From: a virus
DNA length: 64,000 nt
Strand: one strand, 5' to 3'
IMG/VR virus record: IMGVR_UViG_3300028394_000040
This document shows, piece by piece, positions 52,723-62,794 of the stretch; positions within the stretch are counted from its first letter, which is position 1; the number at the start of each line of letters is the position of its first letter. The position numbers were made by a program, and so were the translations under genes. The notes under the pieces are model-generated. The model made no database searches, was not told the DNA's origin, and saw only the letters and a program-made list of their open reading frames with translations.

Positions 52723-53348
52723 TTCTTTTTAATAATAGCAGTAATACTATCTCTTCCTCCATCTCTATAGAAGATCTCTACAAAGTCAGTATTCTCTTTT
52801 AAGTAAGCAGCTTCCTCTTCACTCATATATTGAGTATACAAAGTACCTTCTTTTAATAACTCTAACATTTTTAATGTAGTTACATCTACCGAAGCATCAT
52901 ACCAGTCTGGAAATAAATCAAAATGAGAAGTATGTAAATCTTCTACTATAAAGTATCCACCTGGTTTAACAAATTTAAATAAGTACCCTAGGGTAGTTTG
53001 CTGATGAGGTATTAAATGGGAACCATCGTCTAGGATAAGATCATAGTGTATCGAAGTATCATCTATTACTCCTTGCAATTCGATATTATTTCCTTGATCA
53101 GCTAAGAAGATTTTTATCCTATCTTCTTCGTATTGAAACTTATCTTGATTATCTACTCCTACTATAGTAGCGTTAGGGAAGTAATCCTCCCACATACGTA
53201 AGCTAGAGTTACTTAATACCCCAATTTCCATAATCCACCTAGCATCTTCTCTCATATCTTGGAGATAGTTATGGTAGAAATTAGTAAATTGATGATTAGT
53301 AGCTTTATCAGTACCGTACTGAAGGCCTAATTGTGTTAATTGATCCAT
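52719..53348 (-). CDS. SAM-dependent sugar O-methyltransferase (MycE/TylE-like)
   Basis: YGTDK, MEIGV, SLRMW..YFPNA, DQ, ILDDGSH and PGGYFIVED motifs. Confidence 0.8.
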   Translation of the reverse strand: MDQLTQLGLQYGTDKATNHQFTNFYHNYLQDMREDARWIMEIGVLSNSSLRMWEDYFPNATIVGVDNQDKFQYEEDRIKIFLADQGNNIELQGVIDDTSIHYDLILDDGSHLIPHQQTTLGYLFKFVKPGGYFIVEDLHTSHFDLFPDWYDASVDVTTLKMLELLKEGTLYTQYMSEEEAAYLKENTDFVEIFYRDGGRDSITAIIKKK

Positions 53349-53349
53349 A

Positions 53350-53895
53350 TTATAATTTGACTAACCAAGATGTGTCTTTAAATGTTTCGTAACTATTTCC
53401 TAACTCTTCTGTTATTGCCTGTCTTACTTGCCACATACATGAATCATGACCGCCAATATATCCTCCAGCTTTAATTTTAGGAAGCCATGCTTTAATTTCT
53501 CTCTTTACTGTATCTACTTCATGGAATGCATCTAAGTAGACAAAGTCAAAAAAACCATCCTCAAAATCTAAAGAAGCTTCTACGCTATCTTTTTTTACCT
53601 TAGTCACATTTTTATAACGTTTCATAAAAGCGTCAAATCGTCTCTCTCCTTCAATTAAAATTGTCGGGTCTCCTATCTCGGCATAAGTAGACCATAAATC
53701 TACACAGTAAATTTGCTTAACACTTCTAGCAAATACTTCTGATGATACACCTGCAAAAGATCCTACTTCAGCTATGATACTGTCTTTTGTTGTTGCTTTC
53801 TCAATTAAAGGAACTAATCCTCTGCATACATTTTGTTCTCTTTCTGCACTTTCATAGTACATTCTAGGTTGATCTAGTAAATCAATTTCTGTCAT
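53350..53895 (-). CDS. SAM-dependent methyltransferase (Methyltransf_24)
   Basis: EVGSFAGVS, DFVYLDAFH and GGYIGGHD motifs. Confidence 0.85.
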   Translation of the reverse strand: MTEIDLLDQPRMYYESAEREQNVCRGLVPLIEKATTKDSIIAEVGSFAGVSSEVFARSVKQIYCVDLWSTYAEIGDPTILIEGERRFDAFMKRYKNVTKVKKDSVEASLDFEDGFFDFVYLDAFHEVDTVKREIKAWLPKIKAGGYIGGHDSCMWQVRQAITEELGNSYETFKDTSWLVKL

Positions 53896-55126
53896 TATCG
53901 TATATTTTAAAATTTGGTAATAGAGTAATAAAGTTTCCTGTAAAATTAACTTCGTCTTTAAATGACTCTACTATATGATCAGCAAAATTATGAGCTAAAA
54001 TAAGCATATAATCTACCTTATGTATTTCTAAAATATCTCTTGAAACTATTTCTATGCCTGTTCCTGGCATATACTTTCCTTGCTTGATATCTGTATCGTC
54101 TATAATAAAATCTATCAGGTTATTATCTGCTCTGATACTATTAAGAAATATACAACCTTTAGCTGCTGCTCCAAATGCTGCTATGCTCATCCCTTTATCT
54201 TTCAGGTTACGTAAATAATTCTTAGCTAGATCTAAATGAGTATTTATTGTATCACCCCATTCAGTATAGTATTTAAGATCATAAGCTTTTTCTCTTTGTA
54301 AGAATTCACTAACAGTTCCGTCTTCCTTTAATTTAGAATTTTCCTTAACTATTGTTACTCTCAAAGTACCTCCATGGATTACTTGCTTCTCTACATTTAC
54401 TATTCGTAATCCATGTTTCTTTAATAACTTAGTTAAAGGAGTTATAGAATAATAGTAAACATGCTCATGGTAAATCTGATCGAATTGATTAGTAACCATG
54501 TCGTGAATCCAATAAGGAAACTCTAGTACCCAAATCCCATCATCTCTTAAAAGTAATTCAATACCCTCGACAAAGGAATTAATATCTAATAAATGCTGAA
54601 AGACATTTGTGGAAGTAATAATTTTTACTTTAGGTATTAGTTTAGCAACTTTAGCTGAGAAGAAATCTACTAATACTGAAATACCCTTTTGTTGACTTAG
54701 TTCCGCTAGGTTTCTTGATGGGTCTATATTCAAACACTTTAACGGTACATCTGATACAGATTTAAACGCAGAGAGTAAAGTTCCATCATTACCGCCGATA
54801 TCAACAACTGCATCATTATCAGCTAACCTAACATACTTATTAATGTGGGTAAACATATTCTTGCAATGTTCAATGTAAGGTATATTTACTCCGGATTTAA
54901 ATAAGTAATTACAAAATAATAACTCTCCGTTAACAGCATGTGTCAATGCAGAAAGTCCAGAGGAAGGATAGTAAGTAACCTCGAGAGGGAACCTCTTACA
55001 GTTAAGAGAATCTTCTCTACTTTCATTGAGATTATTAACCAATGGAAAATTTCCTAGATTAAAATAAAATAATCTTTCAGTACTGTCCGTTATAGGGCAA
55101 GCTTTAATTATTGAATATTCTGTCAT
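53882..55126 (-). CDS. NDP-sugar C-methyltransferase (TcaB9/NovU-like)
   Basis: VDIGGNDGTLL, FDQIYHEH..Y, HGGTLR, FGAAAKG and KQGKYMPGT motifs. Confidence 0.88.
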   Translation of the reverse strand: MTEYSIIKACPITDSTERLFYFNLGNFPLVNNLNESREDSLNCKRFPLEVTYYPSSGLSALTHAVNGELLFCNYLFKSGVNIPYIEHCKNMFTHINKYVRLADNDAVVDIGGNDGTLLSAFKSVSDVPLKCLNIDPSRNLAELSQQKGISVLVDFFSAKVAKLIPKVKIITSTNVFQHLLDINSFVEGIELLLRDDGIWVLEFPYWIHDMVTNQFDQIYHEHVYYYSITPLTKLLKKHGLRIVNVEKQVIHGGTLRVTIVKENSKLKEDGTVSEFLQREKAYDLKYYTEWGDTINTHLDLAKNYLRNLKDKGMSIAAFGAAAKGCIFLNSIRADNNLIDFIIDDTDIKQGKYMPGTGIEIVSRDILEIHKVDYMLILAHNFADHIVESFKDEVNFTGNFITLLPNFKIYDNDRN

Positions 55127-55787
55127 AAAATTCTGTGTTCAAACTAAAATCTCTTTCGTAAGGAAAACTGGCATCTTTTACTTCCGGGTTCCGCCTTCTG
55201 GCAAACTCTAACATGGTTTTACTTTCTGTCCCTATGTTAATAACTCCTTGTATGTTACTCTTTGCTACCTTTAAAATTTTTGGAGCTATAATATCTACAT
55301 AGTCTTTACTTGTCCTAAGATTAGAATAAGCTTGATCATATGGAAATTTAGGTGAACCAAAGTTTGTCCTTATTATACAACTATTTTCTACTAGTCTGCT
55401 AGAACACTCTCCTCCTAATTTAGTCCAAGCATATTCATTAAAAGGTAATACCTTATCTGATTCTTTATTATTACCATGTTCCCAATTATAAATGTAATCG
55501 GTACTTATATAAGCTAGTCTTATTTTTGCATCTAGACAATACTTAGTAACATTAGCAGCTCCTATTATATTAGTGTTGATTGCTTTGTATGGATTTTCTC
55601 CTATGTCTATTGAATTTATTTCAGCAGCTGCATTTATAATAATATCAGGTCTGATTGACATTAATTTTTCATATAGTTTTTGGAAATCAGTTATATTAAC
55701 ATCTTTACCAAAACATATTAGATCTTTATCTATTTTTTGAAGTTCATTACCTAGTAACCCTGTACCTCCTAATACAACTACCTTCAT
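55104..55787 (-). CDS. dTDP-4-dehydrorhamnose reductase-like (RmlD-like) NAD(P)-dependent sugar reductase
   Basis: GGTGLLG, IINAAA, YISTDY and YAWTK motifs. Confidence 0.85.
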   Translation of the reverse strand: MKVVVLGGTGLLGNELQKIDKDLICFGKDVNITDFQKLYEKLMSIRPDIIINAAAEINSIDIGENPYKAINTNIIGAANVTKYCLDAKIRLAYISTDYIYNWEHGNNKESDKVLPFNEYAWTKLGGECSSRLVENSCIIRTNFGSPKFPYDQAYSNLRTSKDYVDIIAPKILKVAKSNIQGVINIGTESKTMLEFARRRNPEVKDASFPYERDFSLNTEFYDRIFNN

Positions 55788-56416
55788 TACATTTGATCAT
55801 AACTACTGTTTTGCCTCTCTTGTCTATCTATAGTCTTATGATGCTGTAAAGCCCACTCCTCTAATGGAGGTAAATGACTACCGTTATTCCAGTTGGTGAG
55901 TCTTTCATGAACTTTACCTACCCATTTTATACCTGATCTATTTTTACAAATTCTGGATTGATAGTCTGGCCAGTTAACCCATCCTTTATCATTTACTCCC
56001 CAACACCAGTCTTTAATATGCTTTTCAGTTAAACCTTCGACTATATTAACTCTTGGGATTGATATACAATCTACATCAGGGTTGGATTCTAGTACAAATT
56101 TAATAGTAGAGAAGAATGTTTCTGTTAAATACTCGTCTGCATCAATAAAGACTAAATAGTCTCTACTACAAAAATCCATAGCATTATTTTTAAATGCTGC
56201 GAAGTCCATATTTAAATCGCAATGAATTCTATGATACTCGTATCTTGAGCCTGTATTGTACTTTTCAGAAACGCTTTTAACTTCTGTAGTACATCTTGTA
56301 TCTAACTGAACTAGTACTTCATCTTCTGAATCGATATACTCGTTGAGTTGATCTAGTAACCTTTCTAATTCTACATGCTCGTTACATGCAGTAACTACAT
56401 AACTTATTGTTGCCAT
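55787..56416 (-). CDS. Glycosyltransferase family 2
   Basis: DFAAFKN, FIDADE, WPDYQ.R and WVGKVHE motifs. Confidence 0.85.
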   Translation of the reverse strand: MATISYVVTACNEHVELERLLDQLNEYIDSEDEVLVQLDTRCTTEVKSVSEKYNTGSRYEYHRIHCDLNMDFAAFKNNAMDFCSRDYLVFIDADEYLTETFFSTIKFVLESNPDVDCISIPRVNIVEGLTEKHIKDWCWGVNDKGWVNWPDYQSRICKNRSGIKWVGKVHERLTNWNNGSHLPPLEEWALQHHKTIDRQERQNSSYDQM

Positions 56417-56418
56417 AA

Positions 56419-56859
56419 CTATAAATCAAAATAACCTAAATAATCTAACGACTCTATAAAGTCTTTACCAAAATTCTTTAATGTTGTGCTGTCTGATTTA
56501 TGATCAATATCCTTATTAGATAGTTGTTCTTTTTCTTCATCAGTTAAAGGACGAACTTTTATTGCAGTCCAACCCCAATTATCTGCTGTTCTACCGCTGG
56601 CAAATACAGTTCCTTTATCAGAAATATTAATTGCGTTAGGATACCATACTCTTCCTTTACTGTCTACTTTTTTTAAATCCTTGTAAAGAAGAGGAAGCTC
56701 TGCTTCATATTGCTCTACATCGTATTCTCCTTCTACAATAAAATCATTTCCAATAAAACCACATCCAAAGCAACTATAACTGTTTTTAGTTTCATTTAAT
56801 GGAGTAGAGTAACATGCATCAGAACCACATAGTGGGCAGGTAATTAATTCATCAGACAT
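56419..56859 (-). CDS. Zinc-ribbon hypothetical protein
   Basis: CPLC..CFGCG. Confidence 0.7.
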   Translation of the reverse strand: MSDELITCPLCGSDACYSTPLNETKNSYSCFGCGFIGNDFIVEGEYDVEQYEAELPLLYKDLKKVDSKGRVWYPNAINISDKGTVFASGRTADNWGWTAIKVRPLTDEEKEQLSNKDIDHKSDSTTLKNFGKDFIESLDYLGYFDL

Positions 56860-56860
56860 T

Positions 56861-58141
56861 TTATATTCTTTTTAGTGTTGGTAATTTTAAAGGTGATATT
56901 TTTATAAAATTTTTATCTATTAACTCTCTCAATTTCTCTTCCATTTTATCCATAGAAAACTTTTCCTTATTTTCTAATGCTAATTCTGAAGCTAAAGGTA
57001 AAAACGTTGCATAGTTTTTATAAATCATATTCCACATTTTCACTACCTCCATTTCGTCAGGGTAAAACCATCTAGCTTCTTGAATTATTAATCCTTTACT
57101 TACTGCTGATCGGTGAACTTTATCTACCTTACCTCCTATTAAATAAGCTTTTTCTTTAGGTAAAAAATCTAATAACCCCGACCATCCTGAAGCTGCTATA
57201 GGTTTTTTAGATCTAGTAAACTCTAAAAGAGGTCTTCCAAATCCTTCTCCTTTAGTTAAACTTACCATTGCTTTAACTTTAGGATGATTATATAGTAAAT
57301 TTATATCTTTATCTTCTAATTCGCCATGAAGAAGGTAAATATTTGGCATATCTCCTTTAACTTCTTTTCGAATTTTTTGAATTCTTTTCTCTATTTCATC
57401 CCTATCCATTATAGAAGAACCCCCAACTGCTGTCTTAATAATTAATGCAGGTTTCGTCTTTACATTACGGAATGTAGTTAAGAAGCTTTTCAGCATGTAC
57501 CCTACATTTTTTCTATCATGACCTAACTCTCCCTGTAGCCAGTGTCCTACAAATAGAAAACAAAAATCTTCTTTAATAGAATTTAACTCAGTAGTTAAAT
57601 CTGTCTTAGGGTACTCTTTAGGGCTAATATAAAAGTACTTAGATAGATCTAAGCCTTCAAATAATACTTCAACAGGTTTTTCTAACTGTAAAGGTTTACC
57701 ACTACTCTTCTCTTTAAAAACGCTATTAGTAAATGTTGTCTTAGCAAATTCGGATGATACTAAAGTTAAATTCATCTTATTAATACCCTCAATTAAACTA
57801 GGGTCACAAATATCTGTTTCAACTCCCGCTGTAACACCTACATTATAAACTCTACCTAATGGCGTAAATTCGTTAGGAACAGTTATCATAAACCAATAAT
57901 CCGGTTGACGAGGTACATTTAAACCTAACCCTAAGTCTACTTTATCTAATATCCATCCCCAGTCATCTATATTGTCTTCTAAATATCCCCAAGGAGTAGC
58001 ACCCCATCTTTGAGATAAAACTCTAATTTCCCATTCATCTTTTTTAAGATTATAAAGAGCTCTTACAAAGTCTCTACTTCTTTGTCCGTACCCAGAGTAG
58101 GAGTCAATTGGGCAGGAAATATAACATAACGGTTTATTCAT
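56861..58141 (-). CDS. Glycosyltransferase family 4
   Basis: SGYG, FLFVG, RKN and GEGFGRPLLE motifs. Confidence 0.88.
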   Translation of the reverse strand: MNKPLCYISCPIDSYSGYGQRSRDFVRALYNLKKDEWEIRVLSQRWGATPWGYLEDNIDDWGWILDKVDLGLGLNVPRQPDYWFMITVPNEFTPLGRVYNVGVTAGVETDICDPSLIEGINKMNLTLVSSEFAKTTFTNSVFKEKSSGKPLQLEKPVEVLFEGLDLSKYFYISPKEYPKTDLTTELNSIKEDFCFLFVGHWLQGELGHDRKNVGYMLKSFLTTFRNVKTKPALIIKTAVGGSSIMDRDEIEKRIQKIRKEVKGDMPNIYLLHGELEDKDINLLYNHPKVKAMVSLTKGEGFGRPLLEFTRSKKPIAASGWSGLLDFLPKEKAYLIGGKVDKVHRSAVSKGLIIQEARWFYPDEMEVVKMWNMIYKNYATFLPLASELALENKEKFSMDKMEEKLRELIDKNFIKISPLKLPTLKRI

Positions 58142-58142
58142 T

Positions 58143-59594
58143 TTAATATATCAATTTGTGCTTTATAGCTCTTCTTTTTTTATCTTCTATTTTTAAAAGT
58201 TGATATCTTTTTCTAGGTTTAAAAGTTGTGAAAGTCTCTTCTAAAGTACTTATAACATTTTTACACATATTAGTAGAAGACATCATTGACTCATTAGATG
58301 TAACCCATTCTCTAGCTTTTACGCCAATTGACTTTAAACGATCTGGGTCCTGAGTTTTAATAATATAAACTTCCTCAATTTTTTTAGCTATGTCTCTAAA
58401 ATCGGATCTATCGTCAAAGATATATGGAGTAGGAACAGAACCGACAATACTAGTGTTAGTAGGAAAGACTGGGAATGCCCATTCACCTGCATCTGTATAA
58501 GTTCCGAAGTGATTAGAACAGAATTCACTATCAAAATCTATCCAATTACCTTTTTCATTAGTAAATCTCATTTGATCTTGCATACCTCCTGTTACTGTAG
58601 CTATGATAGGTTTACCCGCCATCATACCTTCAGTCAAACTTAAACCCCATCCTTCGTTAGAAGAAGGTAAAGCAACAACATCACATAAATTATACAGGAA
58701 ATTAATTTCTTCTATACCTAATCTATGTTCTGATATCTTTACATTTACGTACTCTGGATCACATAAGAGATCTATTACTTCAGGAAGGTCAGTTCCGTTT
58801 TCATCTACAGCTTGAGTATGTAATAATAAAAGACATTTACTAGCTTTCTCTTTACCTATCTTATCGCAGAAAATCGAATAAGCAGCTATTAGATCACTTA
58901 CACATTTTCTTCTAATATTTCTAGCATTATAAAGCAGTACGAAATTATAGCTTTTACCTTCTAATATATGGTGTCTAAACTTGGAGAGATCAATGTTTTC
59001 CTTTTCCATAGAAGAATCTATAGGAAAGAAATGTTTCTCGTTTATCCCATGAGGAACATAACGTAGCACTTTGTCTTTAGCTTTATCACCTAATACTAAT
59101 TTATTAATATTTAAAGTCTGCTTCGATATAGCCATTAGAGCATCACAAGATTCATAATAAGGCTCATTGTAAAGTGGTGCCGGATAATCATCCCAGATGT
59201 TTAAATAGACTAACGGTATTTTTTTCCTGATTTCATTTTCGATTTGGAATAACCATATCCAATATCTAGGATCTGTGAAGATCATAATAGCGTCAGGTTT
59301 TTCTATCGATATAAGCTGTCTAATAGATTCTGGACTGCCGTACCCGTTATGAGGGTAAATAATGACATTAGCGTCTTCTATACCGTTATACTTGTTAGTT
59401 TCACCACTCAAATCTAACTTCTTACCATGCTCAGGGTGATCTATACCTGCAGCTACATTTACCCAGTTAAACCTATGTGATGTACCTACTACTATTTCTC
59501 TAGCCATAGTAGCTATTCCTGAATGCATTCTAATATCGTCGCATAACAGAAGAATTTTTTTTCTTTCTTCTTTTACAATGTAACCTTCTTTCAT
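58143..59594 (-). CDS. Glycosyltransferase family 4
   Basis: PHGI, RNIRRK and SSNEGWGLSLTEGMMAGKPIIA motifs. Confidence 0.9.
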   Translation of the reverse strand: MKEGYIVKEERKKILLLCDDIRMHSGIATMAREIVVGTSHRFNWVNVAAGIDHPEHGKKLDLSGETNKYNGIEDANVIIYPHNGYGSPESIRQLISIEKPDAIMIFTDPRYWIWLFQIENEIRKKIPLVYLNIWDDYPAPLYNEPYYESCDALMAISKQTLNINKLVLGDKAKDKVLRYVPHGINEKHFFPIDSSMEKENIDLSKFRHHILEGKSYNFVLLYNARNIRRKCVSDLIAAYSIFCDKIGKEKASKCLLLLHTQAVDENGTDLPEVIDLLCDPEYVNVKISEHRLGIEEINFLYNLCDVVALPSSNEGWGLSLTEGMMAGKPIIATVTGGMQDQMRFTNEKGNWIDFDSEFCSNHFGTYTDAGEWAFPVFPTNTSIVGSVPTPYIFDDRSDFRDIAKKIEEVYIIKTQDPDRLKSIGVKAREWVTSNESMMSSTNMCKNVISTLEETFTTFKPRKRYQLLKIEDKKRRAIKHKLIY

Positions 59595-59600
59595 TAATAC

Positions 59601-59801
59601 TTATTTTAAACTTCCTGAAAATTCTGTGTTAAAATGACTATGTAGCATTCCTCTGAATGTCTCGTCTGTGATGTATAAATGTAACCCTCTGTCGGTTAAT
59701 TTTTGTAGCGAAAACTTAGTTCTTACACACAATACTTTGAATTCATCGAATAGCTTTTTGTCAACTTTAACAGATGTTAGCTGTTGATTAATATTTGCCA
59801 T
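59601..59801 (-). CDS. Ribbon-helix-helix DNA-binding protein
   Basis: LTSVKVDKKLFDEFKVLC..SLQKL; TATTTATT upstream. Confidence 0.7.
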   Translation of the reverse strand: MANINQQLTSVKVDKKLFDEFKVLCVRTKFSLQKLTDRGLHLYITDETFRGMLHSHFNTEFSGSLK

Positions 59802-59849
59802 AATTTATTTATTTATAATAAATATATGAATATATACTAAACACTCCAA

Positions 59850-60725
59850 TTAATTTATTTTTTTATCACAAAGGTCGGGTTTGTTATCAAATGGACACCA
59901 GTGACAAAGCTTAGTCGGGTTCTTTTTGTACTCCTGTTCTATATATTCTCCATCTTTAGTAAACACTTCATTTATAAATTCAGAGAAATCCTCATAAGCG
60001 TCTTTAACTTTCTTAGTTCCATTAGCAGGTTTGAATTCCTGTATTCGTTTAATAGGATATTCGCTAACCTCCGGTACTTTCCTTTTTACAATAAAGAAAA
60101 CTACGTCAATCTTATCTTCCGGTACATTCTTTAGAAGGCTGAAGTATTTCTTATATAATAGAATTTGATTAATTTTTGTTTGGTCTTTCTTCTCCTTATC
60201 CCCCCATCCTCTTGTAGATGTTTTAATATCGTAAATAGTATACCTATCTGCTAGTTCACTATAAAGAACAAAATCTATAAAACCTTTGACGGTAATATTC
60301 TGTATTTCAGTACTAGCAGATGTACTAATAGGAATTTCGATACCTTCTAACTTAGTATTTTTCTTACTAAAATACTCAGCTCTATTCTTCTTAAAGAATG
60401 AAAGTATAGCAACTCCATCTGAATGAAACTCAGATAGTTCTTGAGGAGTTGAAAAATGTACTCCATTGGTTATAGCTTGCTTGTAGTTTTCTACTAACCT
60501 TTCCTTAAGGTACGAGTCTAGTTCTATTTCATCTGCCTCCTTTCCTGTTTTTTCAAACATAACTTGGAGATAATGTTGAAGTGTTTCATGAAAACTAGTT
60601 CCAAAAGTTAAATGAATACTTGGTTTGAATTCCCTAAGACCTTTAACATACGTAAGATACCATTGATGGGAGCATTGACGAAACAGAGAGTATTGTGAGT
60701 AGGATACAGATTTACTCATTTGCAC
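59850..60725 (-). CDS. PD-(D/E)XK nuclease (Cas4/RecB-like phage exonuclease)
   Basis: SYSQ..QC, FGTSFHE, KGFID, DIKT, Q...Y and C..C motifs. Confidence 0.88.
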   Translation of the reverse strand: MQMSKSVSYSQYSLFRQCSHQWYLTYVKGLREFKPSIHLTFGTSFHETLQHYLQVMFEKTGKEADEIELDSYLKERLVENYKQAITNGVHFSTPQELSEFHSDGVAILSFFKKNRAEYFSKKNTKLEGIEIPISTSASTEIQNITVKGFIDFVLYSELADRYTIYDIKTSTRGWGDKEKKDQTKINQILLYKKYFSLLKNVPEDKIDVVFFIVKRKVPEVSEYPIKRIQEFKPANGTKKVKDAYEDFSEFINEVFTKDGEYIEQEYKKNPTKLCHWCPFDNKPDLCDKKIN

Positions 60726-60915
60726 TCTGCTTTAGCTTTTCTAAATAAAGAATTCCGTCTAACAACTCTTCTTGTGCATGTTGAATCCAATCTAATGTAG
60801 ATAGATCTTGTCTGTCTAGATCTGTGTTGTACTTTTCTTTACCTTTTCTTGCTCTAGCTTTTATCTGCTCAATTACAGATAACACTACTGAATCGTATTT
60901 GAAGTCTTCGCTCAT
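60712..60915 (-). CDS. Small all-alpha NTP pyrophosphohydrolase-like protein
   Basis: GKEKYNTDLDR..WIQHAQEELLDGILY motif; promoter TTTG-N19-TACCTTTA at 60954-60984. Confidence 0.6.
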   Translation of the reverse strand: MSEDFKYDSVVLSVIEQIKARARKGKEKYNTDLDRQDLSTLDWIQHAQEELLDGILYLEKLKQSANE

Positions 60916-60986
60916 ATAAATTTTAAATTATTATAACGTAACCTTCATTACATTAAAGGTAATTAATAAAAATTTATGAGCAAACT

Positions 60987-62453
60987 TTAAAGCATTATTT
61001 TTGAGCCTATAAGCATGAAACTTAAGGCAGGGGTACCTGGAACAGAAGATACGTTTAATTTATAATCGCAGGCTATAGAGAACTTTTTAGATATTCTTAA
61101 GTTATACCCAACCCCACCCATTACCGAAAATGCATCTGAGAGATTCCAACCGGAACTAGTACTGTAGGATACAGGAGCAGACATAACAAATACTCCTGGA
61201 GAAATAGAATGCCTAGGGGTAAGTTGAACTGGTTTGGTCCAGAAGCCAGTAAGTGATTTTACAAAAGAATAAGATTCAGGTAAGGCTAATCCTATAAGTC
61301 CAAAGTTAGCTCCTACAACGCCTATTTTTTTAGTTGGCTTAATATAGGTATAACCTCCTATTAACATTTTAGTATTAGCAACATACGCTCCTGTAATGGA
61401 ATAATTACCTATACTTTTTAGTTTACCATCTTTAAAATTCATCAATGTAGTTCTACCTGATAATGCAAATTGCTGTAGGTCTGACCAAATTATTGCACTT
61501 ACACCCCAACTAGATTGACCTGTCATAGATGATTTAGAATAACCTAATGCAAGCATTGTAGTAAACTTATTCCTGTCGGCCTGAGCTACAGTTAAGTCCG
61601 AAGATACCATTATAGGATTAAGTCTTACTGCTTGTTTTTTCTCACCCTTCTTCTCTTCCTTCTTCTCTTCTTTCTTCTCTTCTTTTTTTTCTTCTTTCTT
61701 CTCTTCTTTTTTTTCTTCTTTAGATTCTTCTTTCTTTTCTTCCTTTTTACTTTCTGATTTAGATTCAGACTTACTTTCTTCTTTCGATTCAGATTTACTT
61801 TCGGATTTAGATTCCGTTTTAGTTTCAGTCTTAGTCTCTGTTTTAGTCTCAGAACTGCTAGATGAACTACCTCCTCCTGATGAGCTACTACTTCCTCCAC
61901 TACTAGATGAACTAGAAGGAGTAGAACTAGCTGCTGGAGCTGGAGTAGATGTTGTGGAAGGAGTAGGTGTAGAAGCTGCTGCTGAACTAGCTGTAGAGGA
62001 TGCTGCTGAACTAGCACTAGAAGAAGCAGCTGAACTGGCACTTGAGGCTGCGGCCGATGATGCACTTGAGGCAGCTGAGCTAGCTGCAGATGAAGCGGCT
62101 GTTGCTGCAGAAGAGGCAGCTGCTGTAGCGGCGGTAGAAGCAGCAGATGAAGCGGCGTTAACAGCAGCAGTTACAGCATTATTAATAACATTAGTTACTA
62201 CTGTCTGTTGTTGAGGGCAAGGTATTATAACTGACATAGTTGCTATCCAGGCTTGTAATGCTCCTGTTGTAATATCATCGGCAGTTACTACTCTATAGGC
62301 TCCTCTATAAACAATGGTGACTGCACCATTAACTAAAGGCACAGTCACAGTTGTGATTTTTCCGTCACAAGGGTCTAAAATCGTAGTTGTTAAAACTTGA
62401 GATTTAAGGGTAAACGTACATATGATTAACAGAACCGTTAATACATATTTCAT
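60987..62453 (-). CDS. Secreted protein with a low-complexity linker and a C-terminal outer-membrane beta-barrel-like domain
   Basis: Signal peptide, A/S-rich and KKEE repeats, then amphipathic beta-strands. Confidence 0.65.
   Translation of the reverse strand: MKYVLTVLLIICTFTLKSQVLTTTILDPCDGKITTVTVPLVNGAVTIVYRGAYRVVTADDITTGALQAWIATMSVIIPCPQQQTVVTNVINNAVTAAVNAASSAASTAATAAASSAATAASSAASSAASSASSAAASSASSAASSSASSAASSTASSAAASTPTPSTTSTPAPAASSTPSSSSSSGGSSSSSGGGSSSSSSETKTETKTETKTESKSESKSESKEESKSESKSESKKEEKKEESKEEKKEEKKEEKKEEKKEEKKEEKKGEKKQAVRLNPIMVSSDLTVAQADRNKFTTMLALGYSKSSMTGQSSWGVSAIIWSDLQQFALSGRTTLMNFKDGKLKSIGNYSITGAYVANTKMLIGGYTYIKPTKKIGVVGANFGLIGLALPESYSFVKSLTGFWTKPVQLTPRHSISPGVFVMSAPVSYSTSSGWNLSDAFSVMGGVGYNLRISKKFSIACDYKLNVSSVPGTPALSFMLIGSKIML
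61640..62170. repeat. Coding low-complexity repeats (EEKK, ESKS, ETKT, ASSA)
   Basis: Visible in both the protein and the DNA. Confidence 0.85.
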
Positions 62454-62782
62454 TACTTTTTAGTATAATATCGACGTTTTTTCTTTTTTAGTAACTTCAT
62501 ATCTTTTGCTTCTTCAGCAGCTGCTTCTGTAATAGCTGCTGGTACCTCTTCCGGTATTACTGGCTCAGTACTACCTACTACAGTAAGTTGTGGATCCTGT
62601 ACTACTACCTCTTCTAAACTAGATGAAGGTTCCGCGGGTACGTCCGGTAAAGGAGGTCTAGAATCAATATTCTTTAAAACTTCTTTTACCAGAATCTCTT
62701 CTGAGTTAGTTGATGTCTTATACTTCTTATAAAGGAAGTATCCCGAAACTGCTAATGCCAATACGATTATAACTGTTAACAT
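62453..62782 (-). CDS. Membrane-anchored low-complexity protein
   Basis: N-terminal TM, P/E-rich middle, basic tail. Confidence 0.65.
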   Translation of the reverse strand: MLTVIIVLALAVSGYFLYKKYKTSTNSEEILVKEVLKNIDSRPPLPDVPAEPSSSLEEVVVQDPQLTVVGSTEPVIPEEVPAAITEAAAEEAKDMKLLKKKKRRYYTKK

Positions 62783-62794
62783 AAAATTGATTGT

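Noticed and set aside
723-60134. Plus-strand ORF-track entries other than 28444-28716 (e.g. 723, 12134, 12454, 14298, 16956, 19160, 22511, 24680, 25437, 26626, 28827, 31068, 36744, 37233, 41204, 45164, 58603, 59901)
   Set aside because: They lie antisense to well-supported minus-strand genes or RNAs and have no promoter, leader or recognisable motifs.
59850-60725. Cas4-like nuclease as evidence of a CRISPR-Cas system
   Set aside because: Stand-alone PD-(D/E)XK exonucleases are common in phages. No cas1/cas2 or array is present in the window.
61625-62214. Alternative-frame ORFs 61625-62065 (-) and 61954-62214 (+)
   Set aside because: Shadows of the low-complexity repeat region in the 488-aa gene.
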